A program made the position numbers and the translations under genes. 64,000 nt of DNA, from NCBI GenBank assembly GCA_000934665.2, contig KZ538133.1, forward strand, positions 1-64,000. Reading direction: 5' to 3'. Below are positions 11,113 to 25,300 of the stretch, piece by piece. The notes below the pieces were generated by a model that worked only from the letters and a program-made list of their open reading frames with translations, was not told the origin of the DNA and made no database searches. The DNA comes from Catajapyx aquilonaris. Taxonomy: Eukaryota. How positions within the stretch are numbered: the first letter of the stretch is position 1; every line of letters begins with the position of its first letter.

Positions 11113-14100
11113 GTGAACGGCGCAACATTCGAGGGGGGAAGACACTCAGTCGTGGTCCCAACCCGTCAGGGGCATCACACACACACGCAGCCAAGCCAAG
11201 CCATCCAAGATTAAGCTAGCTCCAGACGGGGAGGCAGGAGAAAAGGCATAAGCACGGAGTCTCTTAGAAGGTACACGGGTTTGTCTCAAGAGCAGTGGGA
11301 CGGTGGCGCCGCTGAAGTAGCGGCCACAGGGAAGATAATTCCCCTTCGGAACTGCAGACCTCGCATCCATGTGCGCCAACCCTCCTCACAGGCCAGTCAC
11401 TTTTTCTTAATAAAAATAATTATGTCTTACACTATTTTAATTGAGGAATTTTACATAGGGAATGTCTAGGGAGGTTTTGAGGAACTTGGATTTCAGGCAA
11501 GTTGTGGTTTCAGCAGATATTTTTGAAATCGCGATTGTTGGAACAGAATGAATTTTCACTCTTGAAAGGTTCCCGTTACAGCTATGCGGTCTGGATGAAT
11601 CAGCGGCATGCAGATTATTCAGTCGATTCCGTCAAACTGCAGACTTGCACTGTTAGAACTCCGCTTGATAGATCTCTCTTGTTTGTTAAACCAGATTACA
11701 TGGTAATATACCAGTGCTTTGACGTTATTTTTACAGGGATGTAACAGTAAAACTACGCATTAATTTTTGCACCTGAATCAGGTTGTGAAAAACAACATTT
11801 GCGTCAAAAATGTGTATTCAACGGAACATCATACGCAGGACCTAATAATCTATTGACGTCTGGTATGTTATTGAAATACTGTACAGCTCCCGTAGTTATT
11901 CACACATGCTTTGGTTTAGCCATTAATTAAGTGAGTTTGGGGGATTTACTGTACAGGTAAATACGAGGGTAAATACCTGTGTCATCATCAGCATCGAAAA
12001 CATCATTATGTTCATAGATGTAGTACGTGGTAAGACAATATTACACGCATTTTAATCTCTTAAGAGCTTAGGATAATTTATAGCAAATAATATACGGATA
12101 CTAAAATTACTATACACATAGATTAGATATTAGACTGATTAGATTTTTAATAGCGCCAAAGGAACATTAGGCTCCGACGAGCGTTATTAAGATGTATGTT
12201 ATAAAACTTGTGACGCACTCATTTTCTTAATAGTATCGTCTCCAGCATCCTATAACAAATACTCCACAAAATTACATGTCACCTTAATTATTTGTTTAGC
12301 AGCGACTCTTCATCAGCAGAGTGGTGTTGATAATAACTCTACCTGCGAGACCGGCTGTTAGGGAATGCTCCCAAGTTCTTCCATTTCATAGTAGCCTACT
12401 TCTATTTCCTCATTCCTTAATAGAAAATCGCAAGGTCGCATTATATTGAACGCGATACCTCCAGGTGCATCTGTCAAATACTGCACGTATCCAATAGCCG
12501 CGACATCTCAGTTCCAATTTCTAGTGGTATCCCACAACCGACTATGGGAAGTGACATTTGAAACCAAGGGCAGACCCACACATTGCCTTTACATTGTGTA
12601 ACAAATCTGACTCCAGCCCTGCACAATTGCGATAAAATTCAAAGAGTTGTGCAGGGTATGCCCATTGCCGTAATCCCAGTGGAGAGGCGTTGCAATTACA
12701 GGACTCTTCCATGTCCACACTGTTGGGATCAACATGTCGTGCTTCATCACTGATTCACCTCCGGAAATGTCGTTAGGTACAAGCCCTTGATAGTTCTCGC
12801 ACTCGTAAAAGGACCGTGGGAGTGTGTAATGGTGTTAGTCTGGATAACACTTGTGGGCACGCCACCATGGTTCATCCTCGTATCACTTCTTGCTGGAGTT
12901 GACATGTCGTATTGTAAGGCTGCAAATTGCTGTTTCAACAATCATGTAAAAAGGGTGCCTTTTGGGGATTCTATAAATGCGGCTATAGCAAACAACCATG
13001 ATTCACTCGCTCTGCCCCACCTATATAAACATGTTTTACCAAAGGGTGTAACTATCGACTGTGGCAGGCTCTACACAATCAATATTCAAATATCACGACC
13101 GTAATAAGTCAAACAAGATGCATGCACACTGTCCAGGCAGCTGTGAGTAATTTGTAACTGGGGATATGTGTCCATTGTTATAGACTCACTCTGGAGAGTA
13201 ATTTGAGGTAGAAGAGCTTTTTGCGATGCTGAGGCCACATCCGGTTTTCCTTACCCACTATTTTATCACACCGGAAATGGCCACTTAAGGTTAATGACGT
13301 TTTAGGTAGTGTACACCGTAAAGTAGGTGCTATCGGACAAGCACATTCTTTAACATTGATTGGTGAGTGTCCATTCGAACTTGCCTCTTTGTCAATTTTC
13401 GGTGGTATTTCTAATATTAAAATAGTATCGACTTTTGCTGAGTATTCAGAAAAAATGATCGGATATGACGGACTGTTTTATTGTTATTTCTGCAAATAAA
13501 ATGGTATGGCCTCGCCTGAAACGTCGATAAAGAAGAGGACCTATGACGTATGACGTATCACAAATGGCACTATCACCACTTCCTTCTGACCATTTCATCA
13601 ACTTTTACCGATTTTCATCTGGCGTAATCTGCTGAAACTATGCAGCGCAGCGGAGCTTTTTGACAGCCTAGCTTTTTTTAAAAACCAAAATTTATAGGGT
13701 ATATTTTGGAAAGAGCAGACGAAGGCATTGCAAGAAAAGGAGAACTAACAAGTGACAAATCCTATAGGAAATAAACCATAAATAACGTTACACAAAGGGG
13801 ATCAAGCAAAAGCTTTCTTGTGTTCTGTAGAAGCTGTGTAGTATATTTCAGTTAGTAAGTGATAAATATGTCTAACATCCAATGAAAAGCGACCCCATTC
13901 ATCTTACGTTTTAAGAGGTGTTTGAGTCGGGGCCAAAGGTCAATTTTATAACGTCCACATGATTATGCGTAGTAAAGGCTTATGTGGCTAAAATGTGTGG
14001 CTATACTGTATTATGAAAACCGCAATATACTGCATTAGGGGCAAGGTGTGGGTGTTCTAATTTTCGCAGCCGTTTTATTTTGCATAAAAAAAGGTGGGTG

Positions 14101-14559
14101 TGAAAATTAGACAAGGTAAAAAGGACGTCGTATTTGAACTGGAATGTGTGGTCGGATGGCCATCTGCTACCGCATATTTCCGCTTGGGAAAATTAAAAAA
14201 AAAAGTGTGGTACTTTCATATACTTTTCTGAAAATCGACTAATGAGAGGAAAACATGCGCAGTGTGTACATCATGCAAAGGCTGCCTTGTAAAGCAAATT
14301 ATGCAGGAATTTACCTAGTGCTCAGCTCATAAGTGTGGCTTCCCTTAAAATATTTGCAGACATCTCATTAAGTTAAAAAGCCAATGTAATAAGTAGAGAT
14401 TTGTACTATAATTGAACCGATAATATAATTAGTGGGTTTTTTTTGAAGAGAGGTTGTTTTCTATGAAAATTCTTACCGCACAATGCGACATCAAGATGAA
14501 AGGAACAGAAAATCCTTTTATTCTCTCTCTCTTCTCTTTCTTTATTCTAATTGGACTGA

Positions 14560-14860
14560 AATCTCTGAAGGCTGCTGAGGTACGATTCTGTAGATGTTCC
14601 AACATTACATTTCCATCCTCGAGACCCCCCCAGTCTCCGCTTATCGTCCATCCCACTGAATACAAACGTTGTGATGCATGAACACAAATGCGACAACAAT
14701 GGCTCCAGGGGATGGACAACTCAATATGTTTCGGACCATCAATTCTGATGTCCGATCGTTTGATAACAGTTGAACCATGCGTTTCTCCCAAAGGTATGAA
14801 CGAAACTATCAGCTCGATTGAAATGCATAATGTGAATGGATCAAACCTTGCCCATTTTGT
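14560..14860 (+). mobile_element. Possible heavily decayed Tc1/mariner transposase C-terminal fragment
   Basis: NITFPSSRPPQSPLIVHPTEY resembles WPPxSPDLNPxDY, followed by a frameshifted RLKCI..NG similar to the C-terminus of these transposases. No TIR pair found. Confidence 0.25.
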
Positions 14861-15316
14861 CAGGACATACCGTATATATTTTTTTTGGGTGTACAACCCG
14901 CGTGGTTCATGCTGTGAAGCACGTACACATCATTTGCGCTTGCGTCGTTTCTCGCACGAATCTCACGTCCTTCGTTCATACCCAAGTAAACACTCATTGA
15001 ACATCCCCTCGCAGCGAGGTTGAAAGCCTGTCGTCTCCTTCCAGGGGAATAGATTAGTGTTAATTAGCGTCTAACCACGTTCATTTCGGCCCATTCCGCA
15101 TTTTGGGCATGTAAAGGATGCACCACTCACACGCCATGCTGATGCGATGCCCAGTCATTCACAAAATTCATAAAACGAGCCATATTTTTTAAATTTTTTT
15201 TTACAAATGGCAACTTCTAGTTTGTCAGGGTTGCCAAGTGCAGCGATTCGCAAACATTTAAGTGTGGTATAGATGGGGGTATTCAGGTAGTAGTGGTAGG
15301 AGATGAGGGGTTTTGC

Positions 15317-15433
15317 ATGGATCCAGGCCTCGGCCTACTCCACTTACTGGTTGCCAGGTGCAGGGGGGCACCTATAACGAGCTCTATTTATAGCCAACTG
15401 TGCCCGCTTCCCGCCAGATCGATGCAGCAACAG
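15317..15433 (+). CDS. Candidate alternative first coding exon B of radish
   Basis: MDPGLGLLHLLVARCRGAPITSSIYSQLCPLPARSMQQQ with phase-0 donor CAG|GTGCAA in a local GC-rich patch; frame-compatible with the exon at 19367. Confidence 0.3.
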
Positions 15434-18400
15434 GTGCAACCGCGGGGTTGCCAGCTGCTGAGCACGTTGCCGACAAGTTTTTTTTTTTTACCTTGAAAAT
15501 TTTGCAGGAAACAATTTGCATTCGTGTAGCCTTGACCGTAGACAGAGTGACTGTATGTGCAAATGTTATATTTGGATGGGTTTCCATATCGGAGGTCGTC
15601 AGAATATGTACAAAGTTGGGTATTTGAATGTCAAATTGGGTTAATGAGAGGAAAGCCAGTGCAGCTATATGACAATAAGGCTGAGTAATGGTGAATAATT
15701 ATTAAGCGTTTGAAATAAAACAATAAATATACATATACATTTTCAAATTAAAATTTTGTGAAAATATCTGATGAAGTTCCGGTATTGTCAATTCATAATT
15801 AGTTGTCACATTATAATCGCGGAATTTATTTAAAAATAGAGGAAGACATGGGATAATAACAAGAGTAACAACTGATAGTTGGCAGTAGTTCCCCATTTAG
15901 GTACAGTATCTATTTAGTCACCTCTGCGTCAGTCATGGACCATTAGCCATCTTGAGCAAGGGATCCTCTTAACTAACTTTCAAGACAACCCTCTTGTGGG
16001 CGTGATAATCTGAATCCACTTTGGGGATGAAGCATTAATCGTCGTTTATCCTGACTGTTCAGGGCCAACCGCAAGTCTCCTGTGCTCAGCGCGGACCTAA
16101 CTTCCAGGATAAAACTTAACTCAAATAGACAGGGATCCCTGAAGGAGGAGCCAACTTGCATAGTCGTGGTTAAAGCGACATTAAGGATCACAGGACGGGT
16201 TAGTTAAATGCGAATCATTAAAATGACCACCTGAGGTAAATTCTAAGAGTAGGTCTACATATTTTCTTTAATGAAAGTAACTGGTGCATAATATGTAAAA
16301 AACTGACTGCATTTATAAATGCAGGAAAGTAATCAAGAATCAACAATAAATTCGATTTAAGCTGTCAAATTTATTCAGACCATCCACTCTTGTATACAGA
16401 GAATATTTGCCGGTGTCAGCGTACTACAGTGTTATGAGGGTATTGTGTTTCATGTCATTAATGCATTATTGCTGGTAATTAGTTCCAATAAACTCTCCTG
16501 TTTAAAGGTAGGCATAAAAATGCAAGGCCAATGCAATATCAGTGACGGGGTATGATGCGATGATTAAAAGAATGTGACAGTCGCTGGATATTGAGTTGAT
16601 AGATGATATTTATTACTCGAGATCTTCAGAAACATCAGATTCAAACGTTGGTTTATTAAATCATCGGTTAAATGTCAATAATAATAGGTTCACACTGTAG
16701 TGTAACCTTGTGGATATAACTTGTTAGCTAATAGAGTCAGTCTGGTCTAGTGATTTGAAATGATTTGAAATCTGAAATATCTAATTAGCAATATTTTGGT
16801 AAGCAGTGATTTGTTATTCGATGCCCAATAACGAAAGCCGCTATGCCCCAGTTTGACGCATCAGCCTATTTGTACGAATGATGCTGATCAGAAAATCCAG
16901 TGACACCTGGTTTATTGGAAATTAAGATTCAGTTACAAAATAACGGCCATTTGGAACGATTTGCTAATCGCATTGTGGTGACGAGATTAGGACATGGTCC
17001 AAATCGCCGTTATTGATCGAAGTTTCTGTGAAACGAGTGCATGGAGGCATTCTGATAATTAATCATGTCAATCCGGTCCAGTAAGTTATTATCTGTCATT
17101 ACTAGAATATTATAGATCAAATTTGAACAATTCACAGCCTACCAAAATCGTAATTTGCCCGTGGTATGGCCGCACAAAATTCCACATGACTTTTCGATTC
17201 AGCATGATGTACTGTACTACACCTGCAGTATCACGCACGTATCACATTTCCCAACACCTAGAAATTAATGAAGTAATTATTGGCAGGCCTGCATGGATTA
17301 AATCACAGAGAACTCCCGCAGCATAGTTGAAACGAATAACATTCACTGCGGGATACATGGCAAGGAAAGCATAAAAGTATACGCATTGCTAGCAAATTGC
17401 ACTGTAGGTCTGCCATAATAATAGCTACAGAACAAGCATACTTTCGTGTATGTATGGTACAGTGCAGTACAGTACATCGCACATTTCACACATTCATCTC
17501 TGAACAGCTTTTGTCACCTGCGAAAAAAATATCAGACTCAACAATAATGCTGCATAGAATTCCACGGCACATCTCCAAAAATTTAACTTCATGGCAAGGT
17601 AAAATCTCCAATATCACGGCTCTAATTATCAAAGCAAATAAACTGGTGCCCCCAGTACGACACAAAGTGATAGAACTCTCCTTCATTGCATCGGGCAAAC
17701 CACACCGAGTCGGATTGCATTTCAGCTCTCCTATGTGACAGAGCCCCCCCAGGCTAAGGACAAGTAGTAGTCAACTCTATCCACAACATCATTACGAACA
17801 CACCGGTGGATAGAGACTGGCACTCAAGGCAGATTGAATTACTGTAAATAACCCTAATTATTGCAGGGGTATGCTCGGTCGAGCATTGCTTTCCCGACTA
17901 CTGCTCAGTTGGAATAAATTCCACCCAAACGATTTCGAGCACATTGCTGGTGGAAATGCGACGTAAAGTTGTGACCAATGGTCAGCACTCGAACAAGGCG
18001 AAATATACGAAAAAAATTACCATGATGTGTTTGTATAAAGAACAAAAAAAATGTCCTGCATGAATAATTATTACAAGTGAATTCCTCTGTCAGTACGACT
18101 TTGGCTTTTAAGAGCACACTTGGGGCAAGTTCGAAGAGCTTTTAAGCCATACAAGGGTCATAAATGTACCCATATGGGACAATGATGCACCAGCACGTTT
18201 TACATACTTGATGCATGTTTTATCTTCTGAGCACTCTATCGATCTTGAACAAATTGTGTCAAGTCCTCCTAGTTTTTGATTGATTGCTACAAGTAGATTT
18301 CCTAGAGGGCCAAAGTTGAAGGCAAAATAATTAGACACATTTTTTTTTTAATTAACTAAGAATCGTGTCTAAATTCTGCCTTCTCTAGAGATTTGGTCCA

Positions 18401-19366
18401 AATTGAAAAAAAAAAGAACTGACAGTCGTGATTTTAGTCAGCATTGTCGAAATCGATAACCAATCAGCGCGTCGGGTTGATGCAGCCCTGTTATATAGAC
18501 TGTAGGGAAAGAGAAACGAGACATTTCTTCCGCGTCACCTGGCAACCGTGACAGCTCCGTTTTGCGGTAACTCTATACTCACAGGAAATCGATGCTGGGG
18601 ATGTCAAAGTAAAGTGTCACTTTGGTCACAAGTGTTTCTTCCTTCCTTCCTTCGAGGTCTCCTGATGCGTCATGGCCGCCTACTTGTTTGCAAAGTTTGC
18701 CCTTGGATATATATGAGGAAAAAGTAGGGAAACCCTTAATTAATTGATTTCCGTCGATTTCGGGGCAGGAAATTGCAGTTTTTTTTTTTGTGCCTGCCCT
18801 TGATTTTGCTCCAGGTTCTACTGGAATTAATTTTATCCCGGATGTTTTCGAGCTGGAGACGGAAATTAAGCTGCTGATAGCCTTAGAGGGTGCAGAGTTT
18901 CTTGTAAACTGTGCGCCATTAAGGGTCAACATTAAGGAGGATAAAGTAATATATTTGACGAATCACTAAATTAAATTATTCGTATAGGCACAATGCTAGT
19001 AACAGAGGCAACTGACGTAAGGACATGTTTTGTCCCTGTAGGGGCATAACCGTTGCAAGGAATAATTAAGTCTATCAGCTAATATAATTATTGCATCTCC
19101 GAGCCAAGGCCATGCTGGAGTATAATTAACCTAACTAAATTTCACTGCTTAATGAGAGACCTCTTCAGCACAGTGTGGACAGTAAACAGTGATTAATTAG
19201 TGAGCGGTAGCCTTAGTTCTTGTAATTACCAATATTGATGTTTATTATTTCCTTGTGTCTGGATCACATTTTTTTTTACATTTAAATCATAGACATAATC
19301 ATACTACTAGTTATATAACCTGTTGATGAAACGTGTAGAAGTCAGCGACAGTCCATCCCTATATAG

Positions 19367-22300
19367 GGCCCCCCCGCCGGCGCAGGCCCAGCGGGGACCC
19401 CGTCACTGCCCCGGGGCCACTCGCCTCGGGGCAGCAACTTCCTGGGCCCCAAATCGACGCTGCCCTCTCCTAGGTAACCCTCCTCACCCGTTAGATCGGA
19501 CATCTGGGGATTGTAATTTATTTTAAAAATAGTTATGTTCTGGTTTATAATACTAATAGTTTGCGCATTTTCCCACCTCAGTATGGTGAAATTCTTCTTC
19601 AGCTATTTTGTTCAGAAGTCTTGAATTGTTCCCCGGAAGTCCGACCGTCTTCATCTTATTCAATATTTTCCTTAACTATTTGCACGCAAAAATCCACACT
19701 CAACTGCACTTTTTTGTATTTTTTTCAAGCAAGTATCAACTTTTTATAGTACATAAAATAGGAATTTTTGTTGCTTTTTTCCCTCCCCTTTTTATAACTC
19801 ACTGTATTTTCTATTCGCACGAAAAAGGAATGCAATTGACCGGTAAACGCGCCATGACTTTTAATTATATAGTGGTGTTAATATTTCACTTGCCACCATG
19901 TTACACACTGCACAGCGGAACCAATATAACTAATTTTTACCAAAACATAACCAGTGATTAATATTGGTAACGCTGGGCTGGAATATTTAATAAAACAACT
20001 AATATTTCTGATCCTTACATTTGCATATTAAACATGGCTGTTATGACCACATAATGATATACTACCTGAATACTTACACAATCTTACAAACAACATATGT
20101 GCCCTATTTGCTACAAAACTTTGCACTTTTCACGTTCTATTTTTAAAAATAAAATTTGACTCAAATCTTCATTCAGGACTCCCACTATAGTGAGGCATTA
20201 TACCTGCCTACCCTCAAAATTGGGTGTTGACTCAAGTTTCCTGAACTCGTTATTATCGACGTTCGTCATGCGAGGTCCTTCCCACATAATATTCCCATAC
20301 AGATAATAAACGTGGCAAATGAAAGGTTAACCAGATTTTTGTCTCACCTGTAATTAAACGAATAACATTTTTGCATGCAAAATCGAAAAATCCGTCTCTC
20401 TCTCTCCCATCGCACTTTTCACTCCAACTTCCTGCACTATTTTATCGCACCAGTAGGGTAACACCAATGTTGCAACACAAGTATACAAAATGATCTGTGA
20501 CAAGTCTTGTTATGCAGGACGATGACGACCATTTGCTTCGTTTGCAATCTTCCAATACTGAGTCATCAAGTGGGACTGGTGTGGCAAGGTGGAAATGGAT
20601 TCGACGATCTCGTTCGAGAACAGACCATCTCTCAGGAACAGGTAACTCGCTTAATATTTACTAATAAATACAAACTTAAACAAATGTTCAGTTTTCATGC
20701 TGTGTAAGTGTGGACTATATGGCAACACTGCACTCTTAACCATTTACCCTCTCTAGAGAAGGTAAGAGAGAGAGAGAGTGGTAGAGAAGGTAAATGGTAA
20801 GAGTGTGCTGATCACATGATCCTAATCAACCAGTGACAACCTTGACACGGGCTGTCGGATTATTTGATCAGCAGGGTTGCCATAGTCCGCCTCCATGGTA
20901 AGTAAATCTTGAAAGCTTCCTTTATAGGGTTCCAAGGGGGTCTTCATTGTGGCACAACCTCAATATTCCTCCGACCAATAGACGCAATGTTACGTCACAT
21001 TTCAGGAAACCTCATTCACCCTTCATGCCGCTTCTACAAAATTGTGTCAGAAGTCATGGCAACGACAAAAACAAAATTACCGTGGTACCTTTACATCTCT
21101 AAAGTCAACTGTACCTTCCGTCACTTTTTTTCCCCTTAGTAACGTAATTACCACTGACTCGCTTCCTGAAAATTTGATTATTTTATCACATGAGGTTTTA
21201 AAAGCACTGTGACGCACTGGATGAATATTAGCTGGAATTTTGTTTTTCGAGCACATTTTCTATATGAAACACTCTACTCAATAAAGGTCACTTGGCCTAA
21301 CAAATTGGATTTTACCGGAATTACGCTGTTTGAAGCGTGTGTTACTGAGTTTCGTCAATTGACAACTTCAAATAGATTTACAGGTAGATAGCACCATAGA
21401 GAAGGACGAGGAATTTTATTTCAACTATAGCCAGAGCCCATAGGCATATGTTGTTTTTTTGCGGTGGATCTCCCAGCTGTCGACTAGTCCACACCATACA
21501 TAATTTCATAAAAGGCAACCTCCAGGCAGCGTCACGTAAAACAAGAAATACTGTTGCAAAAAGTTCCCTGATTGAATAGTAGATTATAAAAGTTTAAAAA
21601 AACAACAGTTTCGTTATGGACATTTATGTTTGGATTTATTCCAGAGTGCCTTTTGAAACATGCATGTTATGAGAGTAACACGCGTTTAAATGCGACGTAA
21701 TTTTCTCTTATATTGTTTATAGCCAAAACGGTTTATAGGTTCCCTTTGTCATCTAGAGAGTTTAATCGTTTTAATTATTTTTTGTGTCGATATTTCCATC
21801 CGCCATAGAAGCATCAGTGGACACTCTCTGGTGCTCATTCAAGTACACATTGAACCGATGCTTGATCTAAACACACAATGCACTCCCTGGATGCACACGT
21901 CCCTTTGGAAATATCAGTGAAATGACTATCCATATCTAGTGGGCGAGTTCCATCACGATAAAACATGTATTGATCTGGCTCGTTCTACAGTCAGGCTTAG
22001 AATAAACAGACAGGGAACAATGATTTAATCTTCGGAGAGCAAAATATAAAGCGCCAGAATTACACAGCACTGCGGCTGAAATTCGTGTTTTGTACGCCTT
22101 TTTGCATCTCCATCACATTAGCATTGAAATTAAGGGCAGGACTTAATTAAGATTGATCTTGCTCATTTTGAGACCGGTACCTAAGGAAATTACGGTTAGG
22201 GATCTGTTAGGTTTTTATTTTTATTTTTATTACAAATTACGTGTGCTGCTTTTTTTCACGGTTTTAGCAAGTGTCAACAGCATCAACAGTGTCCACATCC

Positions 22301-25300
22301 AGTATTTCAAAGCCTCAGTGCAATTAGTCATCACTCGGGAAATAATTTCAAAGCACTGCCACTTCTCATTATGTCAATTATTTATAGCGTGTTGGGTTTG
22401 AAACTGGCAGTTGTGCGACTCTGTAACGTGATGATTCGCTTGTAAATCAGGGACTGTAAGTTGCGCAGCAGCAATTACAGCAATACGAGTATAGCATCTG
22501 ACGTGGGTCAAATCGCTTACGGTCGTAAGAATCACATGTGACGATTGGGGCTATGATGTGAATAAAGTTGGTTGAGATTTGCTTTTTTGTAATACGTGTC
22601 AGGATAATGAACAGTTTAATGAGACTACGTTGAAGTGAGCAATGAACAACAGACAAAGTAGCTGGAGACAACATCACAAGATTTCTGAGTTTCTCTGGAT
22701 GGACAGATGTCTTGTGATATGTTATTGAAAACGTAGCAGTTGAAAATAATTTCCCTCTTGAAAATCCAATTTCCCCTCCCCCCCCCCCCTTCCGCAGTGC
22801 CCAGACTATAATGCTGCACTCCAGAGATGAGTTCAGAGAGCACTGTTGTCGTGGATACCTGGTAGTGCTATAGCCTTGGGATCCAATCCCACTTTTTTTT
22901 CTACGTCTTCTAAAACAGGTTGTTATGGTAACCCATCCCATGGACTTAGACTTTGTTCATGTGCAGGAAGTACGTATAAACATGGTTTACATTCAGGCTT
23001 CGGGATGAGCCAACTGTAAAGCAAATAGTGCTCATACAGGGATTTGCAGAGATGCCAGGTCATAGTGGCAACAACATTGAATCGATTAATGTGCTTTAAC
23101 TCTGGGCTAGTGGTTTTAGCCTGGGGTGTATGCATGGGATCAGGCTCATACTCGGGCTAAGCTGTTACAGTATATAAAACAGTGCATAATGGTATTACTC
23201 CCACAGGCGTTGCGAGCGCGTCTGGGGCGACGCGACTCAGCGGCGCAAATCACGTCGGTGGAAACTCCAACTGAAACGCGCGAAACGTCGCCTCCGCCTC
23301 CGCCTGCCTCCGCGACGCGACGGCGACGCTCCTCTCTGGCGCAACTGACGGACCTGCTTCGCGACTGGGGATCGTCATCGACGGGCCGAAAAGCTCACGG
23401 AGATGGCGTCTTCCGTCGGAGGGAATCGCTCGCCGAAATGGCCAAAAGTTTACCATGGGCCAGAAGAGACTCGACCGCCACCATGAGGTGCCATTTTCTG
23501 CATGTCTAAACACGTGTCTGAACGCGGCAGTTACTGTGTGTTCAAACATCTTTAGTATAATTACTGCGTTGTTTGCTACTACATTATTGATGGATGATAT
23601 ATGATTCGCAGTAGCAGCAGTGGCGGAGGAACGGTGGTGGCGTCTTCCAAGCTTAGGAAGCGTCGTGAATCGTCGGCCGACGTGGTGAAGACCGGTCGTG
23701 TCGGAGGACGTCGGTTGTCTGGTGCCGATCTAAGGTCGGACGTGGCTCGTTTCCTGTCCCGAAGAGACACCATCGCGTCATCGGCGCCTCCTAAGTCGGG
23801 ATTGTCCAGGAGGGCGTCGGTTGACTTCCGAGGGCGGGGGCGGTCCAAGCAAGGGGTACAGGTGGTTATACCCCCTGTGTCGCCGACACCCCCGCCGCCC
23901 CCGACGCCGCCTCCGCCTCCACCCCCGCCCCCTCCGCCTTGCCCACCATCGTCGCCTCCCCCGTTGGCCACCGAACCTCCGACCTCCCCTGCGCCCACCG
24001 AAGCACCCGAAGCCGTCCCTACAAAACGGAGAGACTCTGCTACTCAGTTGTACTACAGGTAGTACTACGTGATGCCCATATCATTTTGTTCATATGGCAC
24101 ATACTGACGTACAGTGCACAGTTTATTAAAGGCGTTGCCAGATCAAAGGATTGCTCGGTATTCCCATTTACTCCTGAGGCTAAAGCCTATTTCAGCGGAT
24201 AACGACGTGTCATGCCTGCATTTCCAGATACCCTACACCTTTGTACCTCTCCCTCTCTCATCTCCCCACACCTCCCACTCCGCCTTCCCAATAACGTCTC
24301 GGGAAGCAGTTAGGCTTCTGGCGTATCGGATGTCAGGAAGGGATTACCTCAACCTTTGTGCGGAAGTCAAAATCATTATTTTCGAGGGAGTCATTAATAC
24401 AGAACTATAATTTGCAGGGGTTTTCAAAAGGGAGATTTAGTGTGTGCATGTATGACATAGGTGATGGTGAAGTTTGTGTTGAGAACCCTTAAGAAGGTCA
24501 ATATTGTTTCAGGGAAGGAGGTGGACCGCCGTCGAGCAGAGAACCGTCGCCCAAATTTCCTCGCTTGCGACGACAATCAACAGCCATCGACGAGACGCCG
24601 ATGATGCAACAACAGCCTACTGGAAAGAGGAGGGAGTCCAGGCCTTTTCTCAGGTGTGCAATTCTGATTCGTAGAAGCGTAAGGAAAAGGTAGGTGCTGG
24701 ACAACTATACGTAATGTGGAACAATACCCATCACAATATAAATGAACCAGAATATTGGTTTTTGGGGGCATGTACTGGTCGATCCATTCACGACAAGTCA
24801 AGATAACGCAAGGCATAGGCCTATTTGACTTCAGATTGTGAATTGATGGACAAGGTATGACGTAGTACAGGGTGTTTCACAAAATCGGCTATATTTTGCT
24901 TCATGCTCTACCTAGAAACATGATGTTTAGTTTAAAACTTACCTTAGCTCATGGGAATGGAACAACATTCACAATAAATGCTGGGATTGACCTTAAATGA
25001 CCTCCATACACACTTGAACGCGACTTGACGCAAATCTCCTCATTATCGCAGGTCCTGCTCCGCAGCATATTATCATAAATGGTCCGGACAGCAAGTGTTT
25101 TACACCAATACAGTGGTTGATGACCTCCTTTAGAGGAAGAAAAAAAAATCGAAGCACAGGCTGTTATAATGACCAAAAAAGTCACCATGATTTTGTAACA
25201 TGAAACAGAGTTTCTTGTTTCCACCTGTCAAAAGAGCCGTAATGGGGGTATTTGAAGGGCTGTGCTTACGACAGTGAGCTTCGAGGTTAGAAGACTTGGA

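Noticed and set aside
12600..12900. Minus-strand CNC...GIPC resembling a MULE SWIM finger, and WWRAHK.YP resembling the hAT dimerisation motif
   Set aside because: Needs frameshifts and the two assignments conflict; probably an old transposon but not supportable.
17769..17818. CTCTATCCAC...GTGGATAGAG hairpin
   Set aside because: Only a 10-bp stem with no TSD or second copy seen; too weak to call.
19138..19180. Minus-strand CTGAAGA...GAAA hammerhead-like core
   Set aside because: Stem II cannot pair and flanking stems are absent.
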